DNA from: an uncultured delta proteobacterium
Lineage (GTDB): Bacteria; Myxococcota_A; Polyangia; Palsa-1104
NCBI GenBank assembly: GCA_963785725.1
Contig: CAWAWS010000027.1
Coordinates: forward strand, 5,708 to 69,707
Direction: 5' to 3'
Length of the DNA: 64,000 nt
Both the position numbers and the translations under genes were made by a program. Under the pieces are notes generated by a model. It had not been told where the DNA came from. It did not search any database and saw only the letters and a list, made by a program, of their open reading frames with translations. Shown here piece by piece: positions 38,443 to 49,830 of the stretch (positions are counted from its first letter, which is position 1; each line of letters opens with the position of its first letter).

Positions 38443-39240
38443 TCAACCGGAGCGGCGGCGAGAGGTGCCGGCGCGCTGTGCCAGGCCGGCGACGACCATG
38501 AGCGCCAGCGCCAGGCAGCGCGCGAGCTCGGTCCACGGCTTCAAACGCGCCGACGAGTGGTTCGCTTCGCCGAGGCCGATGAGGACGTCGAAGGCCATCC
38601 AGCCGAGCTTGCTGAGGACGACGAAGAGCCAGGCCCAAAAGAGCGTGCCGCCGCGCAGCGCGAACGTGACGAGCGCCAGCGGCGCGATGAGGCAGAACGT
38701 CGCGAAGTCGCCCAAGTCGGACGCCAGGTGCTCGAGCGCGCCGCCGTGGCCGTGCTCGAGGCCGCGCAAGTTGACCGACATCGCGAAGCCGGCGGTCAGC
38801 GTCGCCAGCACGACGGCGGTCAGCGTCGCCGCAATCCGGCGGCCGCGCGACTCGAGCTGCCCGAGGCCGGCCGAACGCCAGGTGCCGGCCAACAGCGCCA
38901 TCGCGACGACCGTCGCCAAGTTGCCGGCGATGACGAGCCCGCTGCGCAGCGTGGCGGCATCGGCGGCGCCGCTCCACAGATGCAGCTGCGCGCCGAAGAG
39001 CACGTCTTTGATCAGCAAGAGGACGAGGTTGAGCGCGAACAGCAGCCAGGCGACGAGCATGCGATCGCCTGCCGAATAGCGCAGCGCCGCCGCCGTGCAC
39101 GCCAGCGCCGCCAAGACGCGCAGCCCTTCGACGAAGCCGAAATAGACGAGCGGACGCGACGCCGCCGGAGCCGCCGCCAGCGCGACGCCGTACGCGATCG
39201 CGATCAAAATCGGCACCAGCCAAAAGCGTCCCGGTTTCAT
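38443..39240 (-). CDS. Hypothetical polytopic membrane protein
   Basis: About 7-8 hydrophobic helices; TGATG coupling with the upstream small gene. Confidence 0.7.
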   Translation of the reverse strand: MKPGRFWLVPILIAIAYGVALAAAPAASRPLVYFGFVEGLRVLAALACTAAALRYSAGDRMLVAWLLFALNLVLLLIKDVLFGAQLHLWSGAADAATLRSGLVIAGNLATVVAMALLAGTWRSAGLGQLESRGRRIAATLTAVVLATLTAGFAMSVNLRGLEHGHGGALEHLASDLGDFATFCLIAPLALVTFALRGGTLFWAWLFVVLSKLGWMAFDVLIGLGEANHSSARLKPWTELARCLALALMVVAGLAQRAGTSRRRSG

Positions 39241-39476
39241 CAGCCGAGCTCCCGGCGCAGGTCGGCGAGCACGGCGTCCGTCTCGCGGCTGCCGATGAGC
39301 GTGCGCAACATCGGTCGCAGCGCCGCCAAGAGCGGCTCGAGATCGTGGTAGCCGAGCTCGTCGGGCGCTTTGTGCACCGACTTTTGCGCGAACAATCGCA
39401 GCGCGTTCTTCGCCGTGTGGGGCCCGAGATATCGCGTCAGCTCTCGAATCACGACATCTGCGAACACGACCGGCAC
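39240..39476 (-). CDS. Small hypothetical helical protein
   Basis: ..LTRYLGPHTAKNALRLF..LAALRPMLRTLIG..; stop overlaps the next start; start codon uncertain. Confidence 0.6.
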   Translation of the reverse strand: MPVVFADVVIRELTRYLGPHTAKNALRLFAQKSVHKAPDELGYHDLEPLLAALRPMLRTLIGSRETDAVLADLRRELG

Positions 39477-39796
39477 CCGGGCGGGAATCCTAGCGCGGCA
39501 GTTTCGATCCGACAATGACGTTCGTCTATCGCACCTTCATAGTCAGTCGCACACTTCACCCACAAACAGCGATAGTCGCGCCGTCGATGAAGCACACGAC
39601 TGTTACAGCCCTTATCGCGTCATTGTCGGACTGTCGCGCTAAGGACGGCAAACGTCCGAGACTAAACGCGCGACCGAGCGCTGGCTTAGCGCACTGACTA
39701 TATTGAAGGAGCACGGCCACTAAGGACGCGCTCGGTTACGGTCGCTCGTCACTCAGTCGATGCGGTATTTCGTGAGGATTTGTGCGGCGAGCCGCG

Positions 39797-40114
39797 TTAC
39801 GTCGCGGCGGCCGCGGCGAGCGACTTCTTGTCGCGCGGCGGCTTATCGTCGGCATCGGGCTTGCTCGGCGCCAATACGACGTTCAGCTCCAACACTTCGC
39901 AACCGCCCGAGCGATCGACATTGACGCTCACTTGCCCGATGTCGATGAGCTCGTATTTGGCGATCACTTGCAGCAGCTCTTGTTGCAGCTGCGGCAAATA
40001 GTCCGGCGCGTCGCGCAAGACCGAGCGCTCGCGGGCGACGATGATCTGCAGCCGATCTTTCGCGATGGACGCGGTCTTCGGCTGCGAACGCTTGAAGTAA
40101 TCGAGGAATCCCAT
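39797..40114 (-). CDS. minE: Cell division topological specificity factor MinE
   Basis: MGFLDYF..TASIAKDRLQIIVARER..PDYLPQLQQELLQVIAKY..VLELNV. Confidence 0.95.
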   Translation of the reverse strand: MGFLDYFKRSQPKTASIAKDRLQIIVARERSVLRDAPDYLPQLQQELLQVIAKYELIDIGQVSVNVDRSGGCEVLELNVVLAPSKPDADDKPPRDKKSLAAAAAT

Positions 40115-40138
40115 GTTCAACCTCGCTTGTGAGTCGGC

Positions 40139-40948
40139 TCAGCCGAACAGGCGCTTCAACAATCCACGCTTCTCCATTTCGATGAAGCGATGCGGCCGCT
40201 CTTCACCGAGGAAGCGATTGACGACGTCGGTATAGGCCTGCGACACCTCGGTCAGCTCATCGAGGATGACGGGCGTGCCCTTATTGGACGCTTGCAGTAC
40301 GGCGCGCGACTCGGGAATGACGCCCAAAAAGGGAATACCCAAGATCTCGAGCACGTCGGCGACCGAGAGCATCTCGCCCTTCTGCACTTGCGCCGGCGAA
40401 TAACGCGTCAGTAGCAAATGCGTGCGAATCGGCTCGCCGCCGCTCTCGGCGCGATTGGTCTTCGCATTCAATAAGCCGAGCACGCGATCGGAGTCGCGCA
40501 CCGACGAGACTTCGGGGTTCGTGACCACGATGGCTTCATCGGCAAAATACATGGCCATTTGCGCGCCCTTTTCGATACCGGCCGGCGAATCGCAAATGAT
40601 GTATTCGAAGCCGAGCTCTTTGAGCTCGCTAATGACGCGGCCGACGCCTTCGGGATCGAGCGCGTCCTTATCACGCGTCTGCGAAGCGGGCAGCATATAC
40701 AGGTTCTCGATCCGCTTATCGCGGATCATGGCCTGCTGAATCTTCGCCTCGCCTTTGATGACATTGACGAGATCGTAAATGACCCGGCGCTCGCAGCCCA
40801 TGACGAGATCGAGGTTGCGCAGCCCGACGTCGAAGTCGATGGCGATGGTCTTGTGGCCGCGGAGCGCGATGCCGGTGGCAATGTTCGCGCTGGTGGTGGT
40901 CTTGCCGACACCGCCCTTACCAGACGTGATGACGATGACTTTCGACAC
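40139..40948 (-). CDS. minD: Septum site-determining ATPase MinD
   Basis: TSGKGGVGKTT, DFDVGLRNLD, DSPAGIE, NPEVSSVRDSDR; C-terminal membrane-targeting sequence GLLKRLFG. Confidence 0.97.
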   Translation of the reverse strand: MSKVIVITSGKGGVGKTTTSANIATGIALRGHKTIAIDFDVGLRNLDLVMGCERRVIYDLVNVIKGEAKIQQAMIRDKRIENLYMLPASQTRDKDALDPEGVGRVISELKELGFEYIICDSPAGIEKGAQMAMYFADEAIVVTNPEVSSVRDSDRVLGLLNAKTNRAESGGEPIRTHLLLTRYSPAQVQKGEMLSVADVLEILGIPFLGVIPESRAVLQASNKGTPVILDELTEVSQAYTDVVNRFLGEERPHRFIEMEKRGLLKRLFG

Positions 40949-41053
40949 TGGAGACCTCCTGCCGTGGTCGGTTGTTTCTCGTGAGACCGCTTTTCACCAA
41001 TTAGCGGCAAGCCCGCGGCTTCCGCAAATTTTCTGCGTACTTTTGTTAGTGAA

Positions 41054-41869
41054 TTAAAGCGGGCCCACTTTGACGGCGCCGTTCTCCAAGTAGACCTGTG
41101 CCGGACGTCCCAAGAGCTCCTTCGGGATGTCGTCGGCGGTCAGGAACTCGCCGGCGACGGCGATGAGCTCGGCTTCGAGGCACTGGCAGAATACGCGGGC
41201 GTCGACGTTGCCGCGGGCGCCGGCGAGCGCGCGACCGCGCAGGCGGCCGTAGATGTGAATGTGGCCGTCGGCGATGACCTGGGCGCCGGCGTTGACGGGC
41301 GCGCACACGACGAGATCGCCGTGCGAATACACGACTTGGCCGCCGCGAACGGGCTGGCTCACCGTCATCGACTGCGCGGCCGGCTCGGCGGATGTCGCGG
41401 CCGCTTTCGGCGCGGCGGCGACGGGCGCGGCGGCCGGCTGCACCGCGCGCACCGCCTGCGGATGCGGCGCCGGCGGCTCCATGAGCGAGCTCGAGTTGGC
41501 GCGCGCGCCGCGGCTCTTGCCGAAGCCGAGCTGCACGATGGCGAGCCCGACTTCGGCCGCCAACGCCACCTGCTCCGGCGCCAAGTGCGCGACACCAATC
41601 GGAACCATGCGGCACGCCCGCACCCGCGCCACGATGTCGGCGAGCGGCAAAACGCCGGCGTTGGGATCGATGTCGGCGACGTCGATGACGACGGGCGCGT
41701 TCAGGAACAGCTGCGGCGCCGGATCGACGCGCGCGCGCAGCTCCTTCTCGATGCGCGCAGCGTCGACGGAGCGCAGACAGATCACCGTCACCGGCGTGAT
41801 GGTGCCTTTGACCTCGAGCGCCGGTCCTCCCGACGACGGCGCTAACGCCTCCGCAACATTCCTGGCCAT
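41054..41869 (-). CDS. minC: Septum site-determining protein MinC
   Basis: PVRGGQVVY, VNAGAQVIADGHIHIYGRLRGRALAGA, LEAELIAVAG. Confidence 0.95.
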   Translation of the reverse strand: MARNVAEALAPSSGGPALEVKGTITPVTVICLRSVDAARIEKELRARVDPAPQLFLNAPVVIDVADIDPNAGVLPLADIVARVRACRMVPIGVAHLAPEQVALAAEVGLAIVQLGFGKSRGARANSSSLMEPPAPHPQAVRAVQPAAAPVAAAPKAAATSAEPAAQSMTVSQPVRGGQVVYSHGDLVVCAPVNAGAQVIADGHIHIYGRLRGRALAGARGNVDARVFCQCLEAELIAVAGEFLTADDIPKELLGRPAQVYLENGAVKVGPL

Positions 41870-42012
41870 GGACGTTCTCCCCGATAGCGCTCGCGTGTCG
41901 CCGCCGGATTTGCCGATGGACGGCGGCTCACGAGAGATGCGCTTCTCGCGTCATGTTCTGCCGTCCGGCAAAACGCGCAAGTTTCCTACAGCAATCGTCA
42001 CGGAGAGCCGCG

Positions 42013-43848
42013 CTAAGCAGCGGGGAGCGTGAACCAGAAGATGCTGCCGTGGCCGAGCTCGCTCTCGACGCCGATCTGGCCGCCGTGCGCCTCGACGATC
42101 TCCTTGCAGATGTAGAGGCCGAGGCCGGCGCCGCCGCGCTCGGCGCCGGGCACGCGATAGAAGCGCTCGAACAGGTGCGGGATGAACTCGGCGGCGATGC
42201 CGCTGCCGGAGTCGGCGACCTCGAAGCGGACCTGGCCGCCGCGATGCGGCGCGGCGCGCAGCCGGACCGAGCCGCCGGCGGGCGTGTGCCGCAAGCCGTT
42301 GGTGACGAGGTTGGTGAAGACGAGGTCGAGGCGATCGGGGTCGGCGATGACCGGCCTATCGATCGTCGGCGCGCCCATCTCCAGCGTCACGTTACGCTCG
42401 CGCGCCTGCGCCGAATGCTGCGCGATGGCGGCGTCGAGCAGCGCCTGGGCCGGCAGCGGCCGCAACGACAGCTCGATGCGCCCCGACTGAATGCGCGACA
42501 GGTCGAGCAGGTCGTCGACGATGCCTTGCAGCCGCTCGCAATCTTCACGCGCCGCGAACAGGAGGTCGGCCTGCTTGGGCAAGAGCGGACCGACCGTTTC
42601 CTCGACGCACAAGTGAATCGCCATGCGCAACGACGTCAACGGCGTACGGAATTCGTGGGCCACCGTCGCCACGAGATCGTTCTTGAGCTCGTCGAAGCGG
42701 CGCAGGCGCGTGACGTCTTGCAAGACGATCGTCAACGCGGCCACGTCGCCCGCCTCGGCGACGACGGGATGGGCGCGAATGAGCAGGAAGTGCTGGCCGT
42801 CGCGTGCCGCCACCGGCAGCGCGTCCTCGAAGCCTTTGGGCAGCCACGCGCCTTTGCCGGCGCGCACGTGCTCGACGACGTCGGCGACCTCGGCGCGCAG
42901 CGCCGGCTCCAGCACCTCCAAACCGCGGCCCTCCTCTTCGACGTCGAGGCCGAGCAGCTCGCCGGCGGCGCGGTTGGCGTTCAAGAGCTCGCCCGCGGTG
43001 CTCAAGACGATGACCGGATCGCTCAAGCTGTCGATGGTCGCCTGCGCCGCGTGCTGTGCTTGCAAGAGCTCGCCGAGCGAGCTCGAGCGATATTGCTGCA
43101 GGTGATCGGCCATCAAGTTGAAGTCGCGCGCCACCTCCGCGATCTCGTCGTGACCGCCGACGCGCGCGCGCACCACCAGATCGCCGGCGCCGAGTCGTCG
43201 CGCCGCCTGGCTGAGCACCGACAGCGGGCGCACGAGCCGCGTCGTCAAGATCGTCGTCGCCGCCATGCCGAGCACGAACGCACCCAGCGTCAGGAGCAGC
43301 AGCGCGCCGTTCATGCGCTCGGCGTCGTGACGGGCGCGATCGCTCTTGCGCACCATGGCGTCTTGGTTGACGTTCAAGATGTCGTCGGTGGAGCGTTCGA
43401 CGGCGACCAGCGCCGGCAGCAGCGTGTCGACGTAGCGGGCGCCGATGGCGTCGGCCGGCGTGTCGTCGAGCGCCGACAGGGCGGCGAAGAAGACGCGCCA
43501 ATGCTCGCGCAGCGTCGCCGTCAGCTCGCGCTCGCCCAATTCGGTGACGTTGCCCTCTTGAAACTGCAGCTGCTCGGCGAATGCGGCGCTCGCCGTCGCC
43601 TCGGCGGTCGCGTCCATCGTCGCTGTGGGTTTGCCGTGCGCCAGCGCCCGCGCCGCGGCCAGGCGACCGAGCTCGTCGGCGGAGTCGCGCATTCGCTGCG
43701 CCGCGAGCACGCTCTGGTAGTTGTCCTTCAAGATGTCCTGCGACGAGCGATCGAGCGTCGTGATGGTCCCGCGCGAGACATAGCCGACGAGCGCCAAGGC
43801 CAGCGCCAGCGGCACTTGCGCGAGCAGCAGCTTCGAACGCAGCCTCAT
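42013..43848 (-). CDS. Sensor histidine kinase (KinB-like: periplasmic sensor, HAMP, PAS, HisKA, HATPase)
   Basis: ILKDNYQSV; HAMP DEIAEVARDFNLM; VAHEFRTPL; NLVTNGLRH; GAGLGL; ATGA overlap with the kdpD-N gene. Confidence 0.92.
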   Translation of the reverse strand: MRLRSKLLLAQVPLALALALVGYVSRGTITTLDRSSQDILKDNYQSVLAAQRMRDSADELGRLAAARALAHGKPTATMDATAEATASAAFAEQLQFQEGNVTELGERELTATLREHWRVFFAALSALDDTPADAIGARYVDTLLPALVAVERSTDDILNVNQDAMVRKSDRARHDAERMNGALLLLTLGAFVLGMAATTILTTRLVRPLSVLSQAARRLGAGDLVVRARVGGHDEIAEVARDFNLMADHLQQYRSSSLGELLQAQHAAQATIDSLSDPVIVLSTAGELLNANRAAGELLGLDVEEEGRGLEVLEPALRAEVADVVEHVRAGKGAWLPKGFEDALPVAARDGQHFLLIRAHPVVAEAGDVAALTIVLQDVTRLRRFDELKNDLVATVAHEFRTPLTSLRMAIHLCVEETVGPLLPKQADLLFAAREDCERLQGIVDDLLDLSRIQSGRIELSLRPLPAQALLDAAIAQHSAQARERNVTLEMGAPTIDRPVIADPDRLDLVFTNLVTNGLRHTPAGGSVRLRAAPHRGGQVRFEVADSGSGIAAEFIPHLFERFYRVPGAERGGAGLGLYICKEIVEAHGGQIGVESELGHGSIFWFTLPAA

Positions 43849-44996
43849 GGCGCCCGCTCTTCGTCGTCGAAGGAGACGATGTGCAGGTCGAAGCCGTCGC
43901 TGTCGCGGACGAGGCGCAGCGGCACCGAGCGGCCGAGCAGCTGCTTCCACCACGGCTGATGCGAGCGGCCGATCAAGATGTGACCGACGCCGTGCGAGCG
44001 CGCGAAGTCGAGCAGGCAGTCGACCGGATCGCGGCCTTGCAAGCGGACCACTTCGGCGCCCAGCTCGCGCGCCGACTGGATGTTGTCGTGCAAGTGGCGC
44101 TGCACCTCGGCGTCGATGCGATCGGGCGACTCGCGCGGCGTCTCGACGTAGACGACGAACCAGTCGGTCGACAGGCGGCCGGCCATGCGACTGCCGCGGC
44201 GCAACAGCGTGGCGGCGTGCGGCGGATAGGACGACATGCACACCATGACGCGGCCGCCGGCCGACCAGCGCGACGCCGATCCGACGGGCGTGCGCGCCTG
44301 CGCCGTGCGCTCGAGCGACTCGGCCACTTCGCGCAGCGACAGCTCGCGCAGCGCCGACAGGTTCTCTACTTGGAAGAAGTGCTCGAGCGCCCAGGCTACT
44401 TTGTCGGCGGGATAAATCTTGCCGCCTTCCAGTCGCTGTAAGAGGTCCTCGACGGCCAAGTCGATATTGACGATCTGATCGGCCTGCTTCAGAAAGCCGT
44501 CGGGGATGGTCTCGCGCACTTGCACTTTGGCGTTGCGCGACACGATGTCGTTGAGGCTCTCCAAGTGCTGCACGTTGAAGGCGCCGATGACGTTGATGCC
44601 GGCGGCGAGCAGCTCGAGCACGTCTTGGTAGCGCTTTTTGTTGCGCGCGCCGGGGACGTTGGTGTGCGCCAGCTCGTCGACGACGGCGATGGTCGGCTTG
44701 CGCGCCAAGATGGCATCGAGGTCCATCTCCTCGATGCGAACGCCGCGATATTCGAGGGCGCGGCGCGGGACGGTCGGCAGGTCGGCGAGGAGCGCGGCGG
44801 TGTCGGCGCGGCCGTGCGTCTCGATGAAGCCGAGCACGAGATCGACGCCTCTTTGGCGCAGCGCGTGTGCCTCTTCGAGCATGCGATAGGTCTTGCCGAC
44901 ACCGGCGGCGAAGCCGAGATAGAGCTTGAGCCGTCCGCGCTGCGAACGCTCGACGAGCGCCAGGAAGTCCTCGGCGCGTGTGCCGGCGCGGCTCAT
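43845..44996 (-). CDS. kdpD: Stand-alone KdpD N-terminal domain plus Usp domain (split KdpD)
   Basis: GRLKLYLGFAAGVGKTYRML, ETHGR, VDELAHTN, NVQHLESLND, LRELSLR; no kinase domain. Confidence 0.9.
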   Translation of the reverse strand: MSRAGTRAEDFLALVERSQRGRLKLYLGFAAGVGKTYRMLEEAHALRQRGVDLVLGFIETHGRADTAALLADLPTVPRRALEYRGVRIEEMDLDAILARKPTIAVVDELAHTNVPGARNKKRYQDVLELLAAGINVIGAFNVQHLESLNDIVSRNAKVQVRETIPDGFLKQADQIVNIDLAVEDLLQRLEGGKIYPADKVAWALEHFFQVENLSALRELSLREVAESLERTAQARTPVGSASRWSAGGRVMVCMSSYPPHAATLLRRGSRMAGRLSTDWFVVYVETPRESPDRIDAEVQRHLHDNIQSARELGAEVVRLQGRDPVDCLLDFARSHGVGHILIGRSHQPWWKQLLGRSVPLRLVRDSDGFDLHIVSFDDEERAP

Positions 44997-45013
44997 CGAC
45001 GGATGAATTCAAT

Positions 45014-45029
45014 AGCACGGATTGTGCCC
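45014..45029 (-). promoter_or_regulatory. Sigma54 -24/-12 promoter for kdpD-N and the kinase
   Basis: Minus strand GGGCACAATCCGTGCT is GG-N10-GC and matches TGGCAC-N5-TTGC; about 20 bp upstream of the kdpD start. Confidence 0.7.
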
Positions 45030-45079
45030 GACCACGTCAGGGCGCCGTCGCTGTCCGATCGCGACGACTGCTGCTCGGC

Positions 45080-45124
45080 TTGCAAAACGAAAGGGATGAG
45101 CGTACCGGCGATTGCAAAGCGCAA
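45080..45124. promoter_or_regulatory. Putative tandem enhancer (UAS) sites
   Basis: TTGCAAAACGAAA (45080) and TTGCAAAGCGCAA (45112), i.e. TTGC-N5-GCAA, 32 bp apart. Confidence 0.5.
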
Positions 45125-45176
45125 CATGACGCGCTTTTCGTTGAAGCGACCCGGGATCGGCGCTACTTCTCACATC

Positions 45177-46574
<1,398 letters not shown>

Positions 46575-46643
46575 CGCCGGCGTAGCCCGCCGGTGACGCG
46601 CGGAGCTCGGCGCGTGCGGGTGTGCTTGTTTTTGCCGTCGCTG

Positions 46644-46772
46644 TTGGGGGCGCGCGTGGGTGCCGAGCGCGTGCGCCCGCGATAAACCATTGATCGGCGT
46701 GCCCGACTACACGATGGCCGGCGCGACGAAGCGACGACGCCCGCGCGCACCGCGCGCCCGGGCGCCGTCGCC
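46644..46772. repeat. Dispersed ~130-bp non-coding element, copy B (inverted relative to copy A)
   Basis: TTGGGGGCGCGCGTGGGTGC..GATAAACCATTGATCGGCGTGCCCGACTACACGATGGCCG..CCCGGGCGCCGTCGCC. Confidence 0.85.
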
Positions 46773-46812
46773 GACTCGCCCAAGCCCCAGCGACCGCACG
46801 CCCCCACTTCGC

Positions 46813-47070
46813 CGGCCGCAATCCGCGCCCCACGCCGCGCAATCCGCGCCCCCACGCCGCGCAATCCGCGCCCCCACGCCGCACAATCCGCGCCCACACT
46901 CCGCGCAATCCGCGCCCGCACTCCGCGCAATCCGCGCCCGCACTCCACGCTCGCCGCGCCCCACTCCGCGCAATCCGCGCCCACACTCCGCGCAATCCGC
47001 GCCCACACTCCGCGCAATCCGCGCCCACACTCCGCGCAATCCGCGCCCGCACTCCACGCTCGCCGCGCCG
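46813..47070. repeat. Intergenic 21-22-bp minisatellite, about 12 units
   Basis: 10 copies of the CAATCCGCGCCC core (unit CCGCGCAATCCGCGCCCACACT) plus 2 variant units (CCACGCTCGCCGCGCC). Confidence 0.92.
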
Positions 47071-47081
47071 CCCGCCGCGCC

Positions 47082-47633
47082 TTACGCGCCGCCCGCCGCC
47101 CCGACCGCCGCCACCAAAGCCGCGACGCTGCGCCGCAGCGTCGCTCGATCCTCGCCGCCCATCGCCCCCTCCGCCGTCAGCCGCTGCGTCAGAAACGGCG
47201 CGAACAGCGAAGCCTCGAGCACGCGCGCCTCGAGGGTCCGCAAAATCTCCGCCAGCTGCGCCTGCGCAAACTGTCCGCCCGCCGACGCATTCAACGCCAG
47301 CAGCGGCTTGCCCGCCAGCTCGCCGCTCGACACGATCCAATCGAGCGCATTCTTGAACGCGCCCGGCAGCCCGTGCGCATACTCCGGCACCGACACGATG
47401 AACCCATCGGCCGACCGCAACAGCGCACGCCACTCGGCGACGGCCGGCGGCGGCACGTCACCCTCCTGGTCGAGATCGGGATTGAAGCTGGGCAGCCCGC
47501 CAACGCCTTCGTACAAGAGCGTCTCGATTTCAGCCGGCACGAGCGCAAACGCCGCCCGCACCAGCCCCGCGTTCGACGACTGCGCCCGCAAGCTGCCCGA
47601 CAGCCCGACGATTCGCTTCCGCTCGGCGCTCAT
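47082..47633 (-). CDS. NADPH-dependent FMN reductase
   Basis: SGSLRAQSSN, PEYAHGLPGAFKNALDW. Confidence 0.92.
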   Translation of the reverse strand: MSAERKRIVGLSGSLRAQSSNAGLVRAAFALVPAEIETLLYEGVGGLPSFNPDLDQEGDVPPPAVAEWRALLRSADGFIVSVPEYAHGLPGAFKNALDWIVSSGELAGKPLLALNASAGGQFAQAQLAEILRTLEARVLEASLFAPFLTQRLTAEGAMGGEDRATLRRSVAALVAAVGAAGGA

Positions 47634-47709
47634 GAGGTGGAGGCGAGCTTATCTGCACGCGCCGCTTGTCGCTCGAAAATGAGCCGAGCTCGCGCAAGAT
47701 CCCGGTGCG

Positions 47710-48036
47710 TCAGCGCGGCGTGAAGGCGATGATGGCCATGCCGACCAACGCCACGGCGCCGCCGGTCAGATCCCAACGATCGGGCCGTTGTCCGTCGACG
47801 AGCCAGAGCCAAGCGAGCGCGGTCGCGACATAGACCCCGCCGTAGGCTGCATACGTGCGTCCGGCGGAAGTGGGATGCAGCGTCAACAGCCAGACGAACA
47901 GCGACAGACTGAGCGCGGCCGGCGCTATCAATAACGGTGATTGCTGTTTGCGCAGCCATAAATACGGCAGATAGCAGCCGACAATCTCCGCCAGCGCCGT
48001 CGCCACGAACAGTCCCAGCGTGCGTAAGACGATCAT
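47710..48036 (-). CDS. ynfA: YnfA-family (SMR-like) membrane protein
   Basis: [30 protein letters not shown]; ATGA overlap with the porin gene. Confidence 0.9.
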   Translation of the reverse strand: MIVLRTLGLFVATALAEIVGCYLPYLWLRKQQSPLLIAPAALSLSLFVWLLTLHPTSAGRTYAAYGGVYVATALAWLWLVDGQRPDRWDLTGGAVALVGMAIIAFTPR

Positions 48037-49472
48037 AGGCGTAAGGTCGCATTGACGATCAACCGATCGTCGCTCTTTTCGAGATCGGGCGTGAACGTCG
48101 GGACCAAAGGCGCCTGAATTCCGCCGGGGCCGGTGATGCCGCCGTGGCCGGCGAAATAGGGCTGATTCGAGGCCCGATGCGAATATTCGAGGCGGAAGAG
48201 CACCCACGGCGACGGCTGAAAGTCGTTGGTGATGCTGAAGCCGCCGAGCAGATAAGGCCCCTTGCTCGGCAGTGAATAGGGATCGCCGAGCGGCAGCCGC
48301 ATGATGATTGAGCCGCGCTGGTCGTAAAAGACATCGCCGCGCACCGTCGTCGCCAGCCAGTCGGTCCAGGCGACGCGATGCGCGAGGCTCATGCCGCCCA
48401 TCCAGCCGTTGGGCGTCGGCGCGCCGCGCTTCTCGTAGCCGATATCGCCGGTAAACGAAATGGCGGCGCTGTGAATCTTATGGGGGTTGCCGCCTTTGTA
48501 ATATTCGATCTGCACGTTGCTGTCGCTCCACGGACGCAGCGAATGCGGGTCGTTCTCGACCTCTTGGCCGATATAGAACGAGTTGACGAGCGAGAGCCAC
48601 TGCCGCGGACGCCAGTTGACGAGATAGCCGCCGGCCTTGCCTTCGTGCCATTGACCGAACGTTTGCCAGCCATTGACGAGCCAGAGCTCGACCTTCAAAC
48701 GCCGCGTCGCGAAGATTTGTGTCCGTAAGCCAAAGAAGTAATAGGGCGTAAAGTCCGATAAGAACGCGTGCGTATAAGACCAGTTCTCTTGCGGGAGATA
48801 GCTCTCGAGACCGACATAAGAGGGAAAGATGCCGAGCTCGATGTTGAGGCCGTGCAGCAGATGAAAGTGCCAGCCGACCGCCGCTTGCTCGATGTATTTG
48901 AAGACGCTGGCCGACAAGAAATAGCCGCGCGTCACGGTCGGGTCTTGACCGGCGTCGGTCTCGACGTTGGAGCCGTATTGAATGTAAATGCGGCCGAGGG
49001 GACCGTCCAAACCGGTGACGTCGACGCCGAGAATCCCGAGGTTGAAGGAGATCTCGTTATGGCGCGCCGCGACCGTCGTCGGGAAGATCGTGTGATCGAT
49101 GGGCGCGTGGAATTGATAGGCATAATAGGCGTCGATATAGATCGACCACGTGAGCGGCCCCGACACGAGCAGCGATTGCGGCTGATTGTTGTTGCCGTTG
49201 AGCCAGCTGAAGTCGAATTCACCGAAGGTCGGCTCGCGCTCGTCGAGCCGTAACGGCTTGGCCGGCGCGCTCGGTGGCGGCGAAGCCGACGGCGCGGGCA
49301 CGCTCGGCGGCGGCGCGGCCAGCTTTTGCTGCAGCGCCTTCAGCTCCGCCTCGAGGTGCAGGATGCGCGCGTGATCGGCGGCGGCGTCAGCGGCCGCCGG
49401 CGACTCTTGCGCCGCGGCGACGGGCGCCACGGCCAGAAAGACCCACACGAGGGCAAAACGGCAGCGCGACAT
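48033..49472 (-). CDS. Outer-membrane beta-barrel porin (BBP2/OmpL-like)
   Basis: Signal peptide, short coiled coil, [34 protein letters not shown]; GGAG RBS. Confidence 0.75.
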   Translation of the reverse strand: MSRCRFALVWVFLAVAPVAAAQESPAAADAAADHARILHLEAELKALQQKLAAPPPSVPAPSASPPPSAPAKPLRLDEREPTFGEFDFSWLNGNNNQPQSLLVSGPLTWSIYIDAYYAYQFHAPIDHTIFPTTVAARHNEISFNLGILGVDVTGLDGPLGRIYIQYGSNVETDAGQDPTVTRGYFLSASVFKYIEQAAVGWHFHLLHGLNIELGIFPSYVGLESYLPQENWSYTHAFLSDFTPYYFFGLRTQIFATRRLKVELWLVNGWQTFGQWHEGKAGGYLVNWRPRQWLSLVNSFYIGQEVENDPHSLRPWSDSNVQIEYYKGGNPHKIHSAAISFTGDIGYEKRGAPTPNGWMGGMSLAHRVAWTDWLATTVRGDVFYDQRGSIIMRLPLGDPYSLPSKGPYLLGGFSITNDFQPSPWVLFRLEYSHRASNQPYFAGHGGITGPGGIQAPLVPTFTPDLEKSDDRLIVNATLRL

Positions 49473-49830
49473 CGCGGTCTCCTTGCGCACGACGAGGGCG
49501 CGACGATCTCCCGCCGGACGGCCCAGCGTCAACTTTTGTCGACGGCAACCGCAACGGAGCGGCGATTTGCGCGGATTCGTGCGAGCGCGCGTGACTCGGC
49601 GTCGCAGCCGTTTCCCGACCGTCACGGGATGGCCAGGCTCGCCGGCCCGCGCGGTCGCCGAGCGAGCGAGCGTGGGCTCGGCCGCTAAGTCGCCCCTTGG
49701 CCGTGCGCAATGGCAGGCGCGTCGCGCGTTTCTATCGAACGTTCGATAGACCGACCGCACTAAGCGTGACTCTCGCCGCCCGCTCATTTTCTGACTGGCC
49801 GAGCGACCGTTCGAGGTCAAACTAAGGGGA

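Noticed and set aside
46813-47070. Possible CRISPR array
   Set aside because: Units are contiguous with no unique spacers, the period is only 21-22 bp, and there are no cas genes.
49473-49830. Guanidine or other known riboswitch upstream of porin/ynfA
   Set aside because: Only fragmentary resemblance (GACAAAAG, ACGG loops); I could not match a full consensus by eye, so no ncRNA is called.
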